A stretch of DNA of 64,000 nucleotides, from the NCBI RefSeq assembly GCF_054482595.1, contig NZ_CM137008.1. One strand, 5' to 3'. Below the pieces are notes generated by a model. It was not told the origin of the DNA. It made no database searches and saw nothing but the letters and a program-made list of their open reading frames with translations. A program made the translations under genes and the position numbers. Of the stretch, positions 31,762 through 43,209 are shown in pieces. Position 1 is the stretch's first letter. Each line of letters begins with the position of its first letter.

Positions 31762-32558
31762 CAATAAACAAAACTCACAGGTGCAGCACCCGCCGGATGC
31801 GGCAGAATACCCATCGGGATGCCATAAATCATTTCGAGGGTTTCGCCGCGCATAATTTCCGCAGGCGTTCCCTGAGCAATCATTTCACCGCCGCGCAGGG
31901 CGACCAGATAATCACAGTAACGCGCAGCCATATTGATATCGTGCAGCACGGCAATGACCGTCAGGCCACGCTCCTGACTTAAACGGTGCACCAGCGCCAG
32001 CACATCAACCTGGTGGGCGATATCCAACGCCGAAGTCGGTTCGTCGAGCAACAGACAACGGCTATCCTGCGCCACCAGCATGGCGATCCACGCCCGCTGA
32101 CGTTCGCCGCCAGAGAGGCTGTCTACCAGCCGATGCGCCAGCGATTTTAAGCCAACCAGCGAGATAGCTTCCTCAACTTTTTCGCGATCTGCCGCACCAA
32201 AGCGCCCTAGTGCGCCATGCCACGGGTAACGACCAATCGCCACCAGTTCACGCACGGTCATCCCTTCTGCCGGAGGAAGCTGCTGCGGTAAATAAGCCAC
32301 TTTGCGGGCGAACGCTTTGCTGCTCCAGCTTTCCAGCGGCTGGGCATCAAGAAGAATCTCCCCTTCCGACGGCGGCTGATGACGGCCAAGCATTTTGAGC
32401 AGAGTGGATTTACCAGAACCGTTGTGACCAATCAGACCGGTCACTTTCCCGGCAGGAAAGGTTAACGACAGCGGATGCAAAAGCGTGCGCCCGGGCACAC
32501 GAAAGGAGATATTACGCAGTGCAAAAGTGGTATCGGAATGATTCGTGTATTCCTGCAT
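31761..32558 (-). CDS. fhuC: ferric hydroxamate ABC transporter ATPase FhuC
   Basis: ORF contains MQEYTNHSDTTFALRNISFRVPGRTLL...GHNGSGKST...LSGGERQ (Walker A / ABC signature); start placed at that Met. Confidence 0.92.
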   Translation of the reverse strand: MQEYTNHSDTTFALRNISFRVPGRTLLHPLSLTFPAGKVTGLIGHNGSGKSTLLKMLGRHQPPSEGEILLDAQPLESWSSKAFARKVAYLPQQLPPAEGMTVRELVAIGRYPWHGALGRFGAADREKVEEAISLVGLKSLAHRLVDSLSGGERQRAWIAMLVAQDSRCLLLDEPTSALDIAHQVDVLALVHRLSQERGLTVIAVLHDINMAARYCDYLVALRGGEMIAQGTPAEIMRGETLEMIYGIPMGILPHPAGAAPVSFVY

Positions 32559-32608
32559 AACAGCCAACTTGTGAAACGGGCACGGAAATCCGTGCCCCAA
32601 AAGAGAAA

Positions 32609-34852
32609 TTAGAAACGGAAGGTTGCGGTTGCAACGACCTGACGTTCTGCGCCCCAGAAGCAGCCATAAGTGTTAAAGCAGCTGGCGACGTATTCACGAT
32701 CGAACAGGTTGTTAACATGCAGCGCCACGTTGGAGCCCGCCATGCCGACTCGCGCCAGATCATAACGCACTAACGCATCCACGACCGTATAACTTCCCAC
32801 TTTAAAGGAGTTAGCCGGATCACCATAGCTGGAGCCAGTATAACGACCACCGGTGCCCAGCGTCAGACCTGAAAGCGGACCGTCAAAGAAGGTATAGTCA
32901 GCCCACAGCGAAGCCATGTGTTTTGGCACCTGTGCAGGCGTATTGCCTTTATAGGTAGTATCGGTGGTGTATTCCGCATCGGTGTAAGTATAAGAACCGA
33001 CTACGTTAACACTCGCCGACAGCGCCGCTTTCGCTTCGATTTCTACGCCACGTGCGCGGATCTCGCCACCTTCAACCGAGAAGAAGGAACCCTCAGGGTC
33101 CGCCATCAGGTTGTTGGTTTTAGTGAGATTATACACGGCACCAGTAACTACAATCGGACGATCTTCCGGTACATATTTCACGCCGACTTCATACTGCTTA
33201 CCTTTAGACGGTGCGAAAATATTACCATCCTTCCCAACTTGCGAAGAAGGTTCAAACGATTCGCTATAGCTAAAGTAAGGTGTTACGCCATTATCAAACA
33301 GGTAGTTAACACCACCACGCCAGGTAAACTGTTTGTCATCACGTTTATCGGTCGTCCCGGCAACGCGGTTAAGAGATTCTTGATCTGCCCAGTCATAACG
33401 ACCGCCCAGGGTGACCAGCACTTTATCCCACTGCGCCTGATCCTGAACATAAACGCCCGTTTGTTTCTGTTTATTCAGAATGCGGTAAGGGCCGGAGTTT
33501 GCCGGATCTTTGGCATTGAAGTCGAAATCGGTATTCACCGGATTGTACAGATTGAGCAGTGGCACAGAGTCGTCGTAACCAAACCAGGCGTTGATGTCAT
33601 TACGCATACGCATAAAGTCGACACCGGTCAGCAGGGTGTGGTCGATATCGCCAGTGGCAAACTTGCTCTGCAACTGGGTATCAACAGAGAAGTTTTGCAG
33701 CTTCTCATCATCAACGACGTATTTACGTGCCAGATAATGGCCTTTATCCGCTGGCGCTAATGCCGCACACTGTTTGCTGTAAGCATTCGCCGGATCGGAG
33801 CAGACGCCGTAACCATAAACGCTGTTTTGCGAGGTTTTGTTTTCAGCAAAGCGCAGGTTCTGACGCACAGTAAAGGTGTCGTTAAATTCGTGATCGAAGC
33901 TGTAGCCCACCATCTTCTCATTACGAGAATAGGTGTTGTTCTTCGCCCCTTCGTTAAAGTCTGTCGGCAGACGCTTACCGTTCGGCAGCGGCTCAACGGT
34001 TCCCTCTTTCGGCAACCAGCCGTAATAACCGGTTTCCGGCTCGTTCTGGAAGTAAGAAAGGAAGGTGAAATTGGTTTTATCATCCGGACGCCAGGTGAAC
34101 GCCGGTGCAATAGCATAACGCTGCTCTTCTGACCCTTTCTGCTGGGCATTGGCAGAACGCGCAAGACCGGTCAGGCGATAAGAGTAAACGCCATCATCAT
34201 CCAGCGCATCGCTAAAGTCAAAACCAGTCTGGAACAGGCTGTCAGTACCGGCTTTAAACTGAACTTCTTTCAGCGGTTCGGTGGTCGGACGCTTGCTGAC
34301 CATATTCAACAGACCGCCAGGACTGCTTTTACCGTAAAGCACGGAAACCGGGCCACGCATAATTTCAGCGCGTTCCAGCATATACGGATCAATGACCGCA
34401 TCGTTATAGAAGTTGCCCTGCAACTTCAGGCCATTCAGATAGTTATTTTGGCTTTGGCCTTCTGCCGCAAAACCGCGAATGATCAGGTGGTCATAGGTGT
34501 TGGATGCGCCACGCGTACCAACAGAGACACCCGGCGTATAGCTAAGCGCTTCTTTCACCGACTTCGGCTGATGCAGCGCCATCTCTTCGGCGGTCACAAC
34601 AGAAATAGACTGTGGCACTTTTTGAATCGGCGTATCGGTTTTAGTGCCGGTAGCTGACTGTCGCGCCGCAATAGTTGCAGCAGGCCCCCATGCGCTTTCT
34701 TGCGGCGCAGGTGCAGCGGTAACGGTGATAGTGTCTTCTTTCGGTTCAACCGCTGCCTGTGCATAAACAGACATGCCGCTAACCGCTGTGGCTACTACAA
34801 CTGCGATTTTACGCAGTGAGTGTTTTGGCTGAGCAGTTTTGGAACGCGCCAT
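32609..34852 (-). CDS. fhuA: TonB-dependent ferrichrome outer membrane receptor FhuA
   Basis: 747-aa ORF MARSKTAQPKHSLRKIAVVVATAVSGMSVYAQAAVEP... ending ..ATFRF (terminal Phe). Confidence 0.95.
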   Translation of the reverse strand: MARSKTAQPKHSLRKIAVVVATAVSGMSVYAQAAVEPKEDTITVTAAPAPQESAWGPAATIAARQSATGTKTDTPIQKVPQSISVVTAEEMALHQPKSVKEALSYTPGVSVGTRGASNTYDHLIIRGFAAEGQSQNNYLNGLKLQGNFYNDAVIDPYMLERAEIMRGPVSVLYGKSSPGGLLNMVSKRPTTEPLKEVQFKAGTDSLFQTGFDFSDALDDDGVYSYRLTGLARSANAQQKGSEEQRYAIAPAFTWRPDDKTNFTFLSYFQNEPETGYYGWLPKEGTVEPLPNGKRLPTDFNEGAKNNTYSRNEKMVGYSFDHEFNDTFTVRQNLRFAENKTSQNSVYGYGVCSDPANAYSKQCAALAPADKGHYLARKYVVDDEKLQNFSVDTQLQSKFATGDIDHTLLTGVDFMRMRNDINAWFGYDDSVPLLNLYNPVNTDFDFNAKDPANSGPYRILNKQKQTGVYVQDQAQWDKVLVTLGGRYDWADQESLNRVAGTTDKRDDKQFTWRGGVNYLFDNGVTPYFSYSESFEPSSQVGKDGNIFAPSKGKQYEVGVKYVPEDRPIVVTGAVYNLTKTNNLMADPEGSFFSVEGGEIRARGVEIEAKAALSASVNVVGSYTYTDAEYTTDTTYKGNTPAQVPKHMASLWADYTFFDGPLSGLTLGTGGRYTGSSYGDPANSFKVGSYTVVDALVRYDLARVGMAGSNVALHVNNLFDREYVASCFNTYGCFWGAERQVVATATFRF

Positions 34853-34872
34853 TGGTATATCTCTGATGTAAA

Positions 34873-34924
34873 GTGAATGATAACGTAAACGAGAATGATT
34901 ATTATAAAGATAAGATAATATTCG
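34873..34924 (-). promoter_or_regulatory. fhuA promoter region with Fur-box-like iron-regulation operator
   Basis: AT-rich GATAAT/ATTATC-type hexamer repeats (GAATGATAACG, GAGAATGATTATTATAAAGATAAGATAATATTC) within about 70 bp upstream of the fhuA start; resembles the Fur consensus GATAATGATAATCATTATC. Confidence 0.45.
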
Positions 34925-35071
34925 AAACGCTGGCGGGTTCGCAAGCGGTACGCAATCTGAGCGTTCCTGAAGGGTTAATAAACAACCAGATGAAAAGAAA
35001 GGGTTAATATTTTAGATGGGATGTTATTTTACCGGATGGCAACTCGCCATCCGGTATGTCACGTTTAGACG

Positions 35072-37606
35072 TTAATTACTACCAAACATATCTTTAATCC
35101 AACCGGCTACACCGTCGCTGTCTTTCTGCTCTTGCTGAGCAGGTTGCTGTTGCGGCTGTTGCTGCGGCTGAGAAGACTGATCAAACGGATTGCCTGACGG
35201 CTGCTGCTGCATCTCACTCTGCTGGCACAGCGATTGCGGATCGCTGGTCCAGACCGGCAAGACACGCATGCCACCGCTGCAAACAAAGTTGCCGTCGTAG
35301 TCCACGCCCATATCTGCAATATCTTCTGGCGGAACAAGATTCAGCGGCGTTGGCGTCTGGTTAGCCAGATAACGCTGATAAATCGACATTGCCCCGCTGG
35401 CACCATACAGTTTGGTCGGCTGGTTGTTATCACGGCCGACCCAGGTGATGGTCACCGTGCTGCCGTCAATGCCCGCAAACCAGGTATCTACGTTATTGTT
35501 GGTAGTCCCTGTTTTCCCTGCCAGATGCAGGTTCGGGTATTTCGCCCCAAGCTGACGACCCGTACCACGTTGTACCACCTGCTGCATGGTCCATAGTGTC
35601 AGATACGCCGCCTGCGCCGGAACAGCGCGTTCCGCCTGCGGGAAGCTCTGATACAGCACTTTGCCATCTTCCGCGATTACCGAACGCAGCGCAGAAAGCG
35701 GTGCACGGTTACCACCGCTGGCGATGGTCTGGAATGCCTGCGCCACTTCGATTGGCGTTAAGTTCAACGCCCCCAGCAGCATTGCCGGAACCGGATGCAA
35801 CTGATCTTTCGGTACGCCCAGTTTGATCCAGGTATCCGTAACCGCAGGCAGCCCCAGCGCCATCCCCAGATTTACCGTCGGCACGTTCATCGAACGGGTC
35901 AACGCATCCACCAGCATCACTCTGCCGCTTTCGCTATAACGACGGTCATCATTCTGCGGTGACCAGACCTGGCCATTCGGCTGACGCAGCGCAATTGGCG
36001 CATCCGCAATCCACGTATTCAGACGATAGATTTTCGGCTGGCTTAAGGCCGTCAGATAAGTCGCTGGTTTTGCAAGGGAACCAATCGAACGACGCGCCTG
36101 CATCGCACGGTTGTAGCCCGCAAACTGCGGCTCAGAACCTCCGACCATCGCACGAACTTCACCACTAAAGCGGTCGACGACCACAATCGCGGTTTCCAGA
36201 TCGCTCAGCTTACGCTGTTTCTTAAGTGCCGGAATGCCTTCCACGGCGGCTTTTTCTGCCGCGTCCTGGGCCACCGAGTCAAAGGTAGTGAAGATCTTCA
36301 CGCCGGAGAGATCTTTTACCTTATCGCCTAATTTAGCCTGAAGCTCCTGACGCACCAGTTGCATAAAGGCTGGCTGAGGAGAGATCACCCCACCGCGCGG
36401 CTGAACACCCAGCGGACGCGCACTCAACATGTCATAGAGTTCTTGATCAATAATCTGTTGCTGTTGCAGCAGACGCAGTACCAGATTACGTCGCTCCAGC
36501 GCCAGTTTCGGGTTACGCCACGGGTTGTAGATGGACGCTCCTTTCACCATACCGACTAACAGCGCCTGCTGATCGAGGCTCAATTCTTCTACCGGGCGAC
36601 CAAAGTAATACAAGCTCGCCAGCGGGAAGCCGCGGATTTCGTTGTCGCCGCTCTGACCGAGATACACCTCGTTCATATACAGCTCAAGAATACGGTCTTT
36701 GCTGTAACGCGCGTCCATGATCAGCGCCATGTAGGCTTCATTCGCTTTACGCCAGTAAGAGCGCTCGCTGGAGAGGAACAGGTTTTTCACCAGCTGCTGC
36801 GTCAGCGTACTCGCCCCCTGCACCGTTCGACCTGCGGTCAGGTTTGCCAGCACCGCACGTCCGATGGAGTAGAGACTGATCCCATCATGCTCGTAGAAAT
36901 GACGGTCTTCTGTCGCCAGCAAAGTATCCACCAGCAAATCCGGGAAACCACTGCGCGGCACAAACAAACGCTGCTCACCGTTTGGTGAGGAGATCATGGT
37001 GATCAGACGCGGATCAAGACGGAAGAAACCGAACTGACGGTTGTTCTCCATATTGACGATGGTCGCCAGATGATCGCCATCAAAGGTCAGACGCGCACGC
37101 ACCTGCCCTTCTTTGCTGTCCGGGAAATCAAACGGACGGCGGATCATCTCAATGCTGTTAGCCTGCACAGTAAATTCGCCAGGACGGGTCATTTTCGACA
37201 CCTGACGATACTGGGTTGCCTCCAGCAGCTTCACCATTTCGTTCTTGCTGATGGTCATGTCTGGCTCAAGGTTGACCATTCGGCCATAAACTGCCGCAGG
37301 CAGTTGCCAGACCTTGCCATCAATACGGCTGCGAATTTTTTGATCGAGATAAACGCCGTAAATGGCGATCAGCACGGCAAAAACGATAGCCAGTTTTAAC
37401 AGCAGCCATAGCCAGCCGCGTTTGCCACGAGGCTTACGCCCTTTGCCTTTGCCCTTACCTTTGCGCGGCATCGGTTCTTCATCCTCATAGTCATCATAAT
37501 CGTCGTAATCATCGTCATCTTCGTAACGACGACGGCTTACCTTTTGTTTGACCGGACGCGTCGGTTTCCCTTTGCGTCCAATTGGCTCGCGGTCATTCCC
37601 GGCCAT
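35072..37606 (-). CDS. mrcB: penicillin-binding protein 1B (bifunctional glycosyltransferase/transpeptidase)
   Basis: ORF contains [23 protein letters not shown]...; start placed at that Met (844 aa); track ORF has 5 extra N-terminal codons. Confidence 0.93.
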   Translation of the reverse strand: MAGNDREPIGRKGKPTRPVKQKVSRRRYEDDDDYDDYDDYEDEEPMPRKGKGKGKGRKPRGKRGWLWLLLKLAIVFAVLIAIYGVYLDQKIRSRIDGKVWQLPAAVYGRMVNLEPDMTISKNEMVKLLEATQYRQVSKMTRPGEFTVQANSIEMIRRPFDFPDSKEGQVRARLTFDGDHLATIVNMENNRQFGFFRLDPRLITMISSPNGEQRLFVPRSGFPDLLVDTLLATEDRHFYEHDGISLYSIGRAVLANLTAGRTVQGASTLTQQLVKNLFLSSERSYWRKANEAYMALIMDARYSKDRILELYMNEVYLGQSGDNEIRGFPLASLYYFGRPVEELSLDQQALLVGMVKGASIYNPWRNPKLALERRNLVLRLLQQQQIIDQELYDMLSARPLGVQPRGGVISPQPAFMQLVRQELQAKLGDKVKDLSGVKIFTTFDSVAQDAAEKAAVEGIPALKKQRKLSDLETAIVVVDRFSGEVRAMVGGSEPQFAGYNRAMQARRSIGSLAKPATYLTALSQPKIYRLNTWIADAPIALRQPNGQVWSPQNDDRRYSESGRVMLVDALTRSMNVPTVNLGMALGLPAVTDTWIKLGVPKDQLHPVPAMLLGALNLTPIEVAQAFQTIASGGNRAPLSALRSVIAEDGKVLYQSFPQAERAVPAQAAYLTLWTMQQVVQRGTGRQLGAKYPNLHLAGKTGTTNNNVDTWFAGIDGSTVTITWVGRDNNQPTKLYGASGAMSIYQRYLANQTPTPLNLVPPEDIADMGVDYDGNFVCSGGMRVLPVWTSDPQSLCQQSEMQQQPSGNPFDQSSQPQQQPQQQPAQQEQKDSDGVAGWIKDMFGSN

Positions 37607-37703
37607 GCTTTTTCTCCGCAATATTCAGGCGCAAAAGCCCGATTTTCTGTTCTTCTGTTACAAGACAGAAGAAGATATCTCTCAAAATTTGAGCTCGATC
37701 GGT

Positions 37704-37789
37704 CCCCTCTCCCTTAAGGGAGAGGGTTAGGGTGAGGGTGAACGTGCGCGCTGATGCCCTCACCCCGGCCCTCTCCCACAGGGAGAGGG
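37704..37789. repeat. cluster of three GC-rich palindromic units between hrpB stop and mrcB start
   Basis: CCCTCTCCC-ttaa-GGGAGAGGG; GGGTGAGGG...CCCTCACCC; CCCTCTCCC-aca-GGGAGAGGG. Confidence 0.6.
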
Positions 37790-37801
37790 AGAAAACCAAC
37801 C

Positions 37802-40231
37802 TTACGAATACTTTTTCGTCCGTCGCGTCGGTGCCGTGTTTGCCGGGTCGTCCGGCCAGACGTGTTTGGGATAACGCCCTTTCATCTCTTTTTGCACCTC
37901 ACGATACGCCCCTTTCCAGAAGGCCCCCAAATCACGCGTGATTTGCAGCGGCCTTTGGGCAGGTGAAAGCAATTCCAGCACCAGCGGCACGCGCCCCTGG
38001 GCGATCGTCGGATTGGTGGCCTCACCAAACATCTCCTGCATTCTCACCGCCAGCGCGGGCGGGTTATCTTCATGATAACGAATGGCGATCCGGCTTCCCG
38101 TCGGCACAGTGTAATGCGCAGGCAATTCACTATCCAGACGTTGCTGCATTCCCCAATCAAGTAATCCGCGTAGTGCCTGATAAATGTCGAGTGATTTCAG
38201 GCCGCGTAGTGAATGTACACCGGCCATATGTGGCAGCAGCCACGTTTCCAGCGTCGCCAACAAACTTTCATCATCAACCGCTGGCCAGTCATATTCTGGC
38301 AACCACTTTCCGGCGCATAACAAACGCAAGCGTAGCTGTTCCGCTTCCGCCGTCCAGTTGAGCACGCTTAAACCTTTATCACGGATGCCGTTAAGCATCG
38401 CCTGATGCAACTCGTCTTCTGACGGTTTCGCCAACGGCTGCACTTTCACCGTCAACTGACCGATTTGCAGCCGACGCCAGGCTTTCAGTGTACCTTGCGC
38501 GTCATCCCATTCCACGGTGTCAGATTGCTGCACCAGCTGCGGACTGCGTCGCACTAATTCATCAATATCGACCGGTAACGCCAGTAAAATCCGCGCATCC
38601 GGCGAGGCGCTGCCCTGCAATAATAACGGTGCGATCAACCATTCGTGGCGGCTTAGCGCGTCGTCGGCATCGAGCATCGCCCCCATGCCGTTTGCCAGTT
38701 GATAGCGTCCATCTTGCCCACGGCGGCGAGCAATGCGATCGGCAAACGCCCCGGCAAGTAGCGGCGCGATAAGCGAACTGTCTGCCTCACCGCCGCGTAC
38801 GTTTAAGCGTTTTAACAGTTGCTGACTACGTTGCTGCCAGGCTGGTTGATTGCGCGAAAACGCCACGCCCAGGTCACTATTGCCCATCCGTGGCGGCTCT
38901 TCGAGAATGGCGGCAATTTTTGCCGCGGTAGCAGCTTCGTCGTCGCTCTTTGCGCTAACCAGCATTGCCGCTAAACGCGGATCGTTACCCAGCGCTGCCA
39001 TTTTTTGCCCCTGCGCACTAAGCCGTTCACCGTCCAGCGCCCCCAGCATCTTTAACAGGCGTTTCGCGGCCAGTAAATTCACTGCTGGCGGTTGATCCAG
39101 CCAGCTCATCTGCGCTGGATCGCTGCATCCCCATTGCAGTAATTCCATCAGCAAACCGGAAAGATCGCTTTGTAATATTTCCGGTTCACTTTGCGCCGCG
39201 GCGCGTTCTGCTTGTTCCTTGGCGATTAAATGCTGGCAGATACCCGACTCCAGACGCCCGGCGCGCCCGGCACGCTGCGTCATGGATGCCTGGCTAACGC
39301 GTTGAGTAATCAGTCGCGTAAGCCCCGTGCGCGGATCAAAACGCGCCACACGCTCCTGGGCACAATCCACCACCAGACGAATACCTTCAATGGTTAAACT
39401 GGTTTCAGCAATATTGGTCGCCAGCACCACTTTGCGCATCCCTTGCGGTGCCGGGAGGATCGCTTTTCGCTGATCGTTCAGCGACAACGCGCCATACAGC
39501 GGGCAGAGCAACACATCACTGCCGATGCGCGAAGCCAGTTGTTCCTGCACACGCTGAATTTCTCCGACGCCCGGTAAAAATAACAGTAATGATCCGCTTT
39601 CCTGACGCAGCATTTCGGCGGTAGCAACCGCGACGGCTTCGTCAAAACGCTGATGCGCGGGCAACGGAAAATAGCGGCGCTCAACCGGAAACGAGCGCCC
39701 TTCTGAGATGACGACGGGCGCTTCTGGTAGCATTTGTTGCAAGCGGTCGTTGTCCAGCGTAGCTGACATAATCAGCAGTTTAAGGTCATCGCGCAGGCCT
39801 TGTTGCACGTCTAGTAACAACGCCAGCGCCAAATCCGCCTGCAAGCTGCGTTCATGGAATTCATCGAGAATCACCAGCCCAACACCGCTCAGTTCCGGGT
39901 CACGCTGGATCATCCGCGTCAGCACGCCTTCGGTAACCACTTCCAGGCGGGTATTTGGCCCGACGCAGTTTTGCGCACGCATCCGGTAGCCAACGGTATC
40001 GCCTGGCTTTTCGTTAAGCAGCTCCGCCAGCCGTTGCGCGACGTTACGCGCCGCCAGACGACGCGGCTCCAGCAGGATAATTTTCCCGTTAATGCCGGGA
40101 TGCGCCAGCAGTTGCAGCGGCAGCCAGGTTGATTTCCCGGCCCCGGTCGGCGCACTTAATAATACCTGCGGCGCACAATCGAGAGCGGTAAGTAATTCAG
40201 GTAAGACGGCAGCAACGGGCAACGACGACAC
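37802..40231 (-). CDS. hrpB: ATP-dependent RNA helicase HrpB (DEAH box)
   Basis: 824-aa track ORF with GAGKST Walker A and DEFH motif; start tentatively placed at in-frame GTG (40229-40231) to give about 809 aa; upstream ATG at 40276 also possible. Confidence 0.85.
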   Translation of the reverse strand: MSSLPVAAVLPELLTALDCAPQVLLSAPTGAGKSTWLPLQLLAHPGINGKIILLEPRRLAARNVAQRLAELLNEKPGDTVGYRMRAQNCVGPNTRLEVVTEGVLTRMIQRDPELSGVGLVILDEFHERSLQADLALALLLDVQQGLRDDLKLLIMSATLDNDRLQQMLPEAPVVISEGRSFPVERRYFPLPAHQRFDEAVAVATAEMLRQESGSLLLFLPGVGEIQRVQEQLASRIGSDVLLCPLYGALSLNDQRKAILPAPQGMRKVVLATNIAETSLTIEGIRLVVDCAQERVARFDPRTGLTRLITQRVSQASMTQRAGRAGRLESGICQHLIAKEQAERAAAQSEPEILQSDLSGLLMELLQWGCSDPAQMSWLDQPPAVNLLAAKRLLKMLGALDGERLSAQGQKMAALGNDPRLAAMLVSAKSDDEAATAAKIAAILEEPPRMGNSDLGVAFSRNQPAWQQRSQQLLKRLNVRGGEADSSLIAPLLAGAFADRIARRRGQDGRYQLANGMGAMLDADDALSRHEWLIAPLLLQGSASPDARILLALPVDIDELVRRSPQLVQQSDTVEWDDAQGTLKAWRRLQIGQLTVKVQPLAKPSEDELHQAMLNGIRDKGLSVLNWTAEAEQLRLRLLCAGKWLPEYDWPAVDDESLLATLETWLLPHMAGVHSLRGLKSLDIYQALRGLLDWGMQQRLDSELPAHYTVPTGSRIAIRYHEDNPPALAVRMQEMFGEATNPTIAQGRVPLVLELLSPAQRPLQITRDLGAFWKGAYREVQKEMKGRYPKHVWPDDPANTAPTRRTKKYS

Positions 40232-40304
40232 AAAACGCTCCAGAGGGTTAACATTCTTCGCGCCACATTGTAGCATCGCGGTAATTCATAACCGAGTGCC
40301 TCAC

Positions 40305-41554
<1,250 letters not shown>

Positions 41555-41731
41555 TAAAGTAAGTAACTGGTTAATTTACATTCTGGTCGCGTGCGCAAAT
41601 ACGCTTTTCCTCACACAGTTGTCAAGTGTTACGTTTAGATAATTGCTATCCGGAAAAGCATCTGCTATTTATAGCGGCCTCATTTTTCCCCCGAACATGG
41701 GGATCGATAGTGCGTGTTAAGGAGAAGCAAC

Positions 41732-42187
41732 ATGCAAGAAGGGCAAAACCGTAAAACATCGTCCCTGAGTATTCTCGCCATCGCTGGGGTGGAACCATAT
41801 CAGGAGAAGCCGGGCGAAGAGTATATGAATGAAGCCCAGCTGGCGCACTTCCGTCGTATTCTGGAAGCATGGCGTAATCAACTCAGGGATGAAGTCGATC
41901 GCACCGTTACACATATGCAGGATGAAGCAGCCAACTTCCCGGACCCGGTAGACCGTGCAGCCCAGGAAGAAGAGTTCAGCCTCGAACTGCGTAACCGCGA
42001 TCGCGAGCGTAAGCTGATCAAAAAGATCGAGAAGACGCTGAAAAAAGTGGAAGACGAAGATTTCGGCTACTGCGAATCCTGCGGTGTTGAAATTGGTATT
42101 CGCCGTCTGGAAGCGCGCCCGACAGCCGATCTGTGCATCGACTGCAAAACGCTGGCTGAAATTCGCGAAAAACAGATGGCTGGCTAA
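41732..42187 (+). CDS. dksA: RNA polymerase-binding transcription factor DksA
   Basis: ATG at 41732 preceded by AAGGAGAA; [36 protein letters not shown]...; C4 zinc finger CESCGVEI...CIDC. Confidence 0.95.
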   Translation: MQEGQNRKTSSLSILAIAGVEPYQEKPGEEYMNEAQLAHFRRILEAWRNQLRDEVDRTVTHMQDEAANFPDPVDRAAQEEEFSLELRNRDRERKLIKKIEKTLKKVEDEDFGYCESCGVEIGIRRLEARPTADLCIDCKTLAEIREKQMAG

Positions 42188-42216
42188 TTACAGCCGTTCC
42201 ATCACGTTTACCACAG

Positions 42217-42244
42217 GCGGGAAATGCTCCCGCCTTATTTTTTG
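42217..42244 (+). terminator. intrinsic terminator downstream of dksA, overlapping the 5' end of the gluQ ORF
   Basis: GGCGGGA-AATGC-TCCCGCC followed by TTATTTTTT. Confidence 0.7.
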
Positions 42245-43150
42245 TTCAAAGAGATGACAGACACACACTATATTGGCCGCTTCGCCCCCTCTCCTTCCGG
42301 CGAGCTTCATTTTGGTTCTCTGATTGCTGCGCTTGGCAGCTATTTGCAGGCTCACGCCCGACAAGGTCGCTGGCTGGTACGCATAGAAGATATCGACCCG
42401 CCTCGTGAAGTTCCCGGTGCCGCAGAAACTATCCTGCGCCAGCTGGAACATTACGGCCTGCACTGGGACGGCGATGTTCTCTGGCAATCGCAACGTCACG
42501 ATGCCTATCGTGAAGCACTCGCCTGGTTACATGAGCAAGGACTAAGTTATTACTGCACCTGCACGCGTGCACGTATTCAAAGCATTGGCGGTATTTACGA
42601 CGGTCATTGCCGGGAATTGCATCATGGACCAGGCAACGCCGCAGTGCGTATCCGCCAGCAGCATCCGGTCACCCAGTTTACAGACCTGCTGCGAGGCATT
42701 ATTCACGCCGACGAAAAACTGGCACGGGAAGATTTTATTATTCATCGCCGTGATGGTTTGTTTGCCTATAACCTGGCGGTGGTGGTGGATGATCACTTCC
42801 AGGGCGTGAGCGAAATTGTCCGCGGGGCAGATTTGATCGAACCGACAGTGCGGCAAATCTCGCTGTACCAGCTTTTTGGCTGGAAAGTGCCAGATTACAT
42901 TCATCTGCCGCTGGCGCTTAATCCACAAGGCGCTAAACTTTCCAAGCAGAATCATGCGCCTGCGTTGCCGAAAGGCGATCCACGCCCGGTACTAATCGCG
43001 GCACTTCAATTTCTGGGTCAGCAGGTAGAAGCACACTGGCAGGATTTCAGCGTCGAACAAATCCTTCAGTCAGCCGTCAAAAACTGGCGGCTTACCGCAG
43101 TGCCTGAGTCGGCAATTGTAAATTCAACATTCTCAAATGCGTCATGCTGA
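42224..43150 (+). CDS. gluQ: glutamyl-Q tRNA(Asp) synthetase GluQ-RS (YadB)
   Basis: 308-aa ORF with class I aaRS HIGH-like motif (ELHFGS); first ATG lies in the loop of the dksA terminator hairpin, alternative in-frame ATG at 42254. Confidence 0.88.
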   Translation: MLPPYFLFKEMTDTHYIGRFAPSPSGELHFGSLIAALGSYLQAHARQGRWLVRIEDIDPPREVPGAAETILRQLEHYGLHWDGDVLWQSQRHDAYREALAWLHEQGLSYYCTCTRARIQSIGGIYDGHCRELHHGPGNAAVRIRQQHPVTQFTDLLRGIIHADEKLAREDFIIHRRDGLFAYNLAVVVDDHFQGVSEIVRGADLIEPTVRQISLYQLFGWKVPDYIHLPLALNPQGAKLSKQNHAPALPKGDPRPVLIAALQFLGQQVEAHWQDFSVEQILQSAVKNWRLTAVPESAIVNSTFSNASC

Positions 43151-43209
43151 GCTATGATTAGCCGCTATTTTTTTGTCCTGAATGATGTTTGACACTACCG
43201 AGGTGTACT

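Noticed and set aside
35107-35337. Glutamine/proline-rich C-terminal tail of mrcB and the overlapping 76-aa ORF
   Set aside because: The repetitive CAG/CTG-rich DNA encodes the known low-complexity C-terminal tail of PBP1b (..[13 protein letters not shown]..). The overlapping ORF is an artefact of the repeat.
37593-37966. Several short ORFs (60-70 aa) on both strands between mrcB and hrpB
   Set aside because: They are produced by the GC-rich palindromic repeat cluster and the hrpB 3' end. Palindromes create mirror-image ORFs that are not genes.
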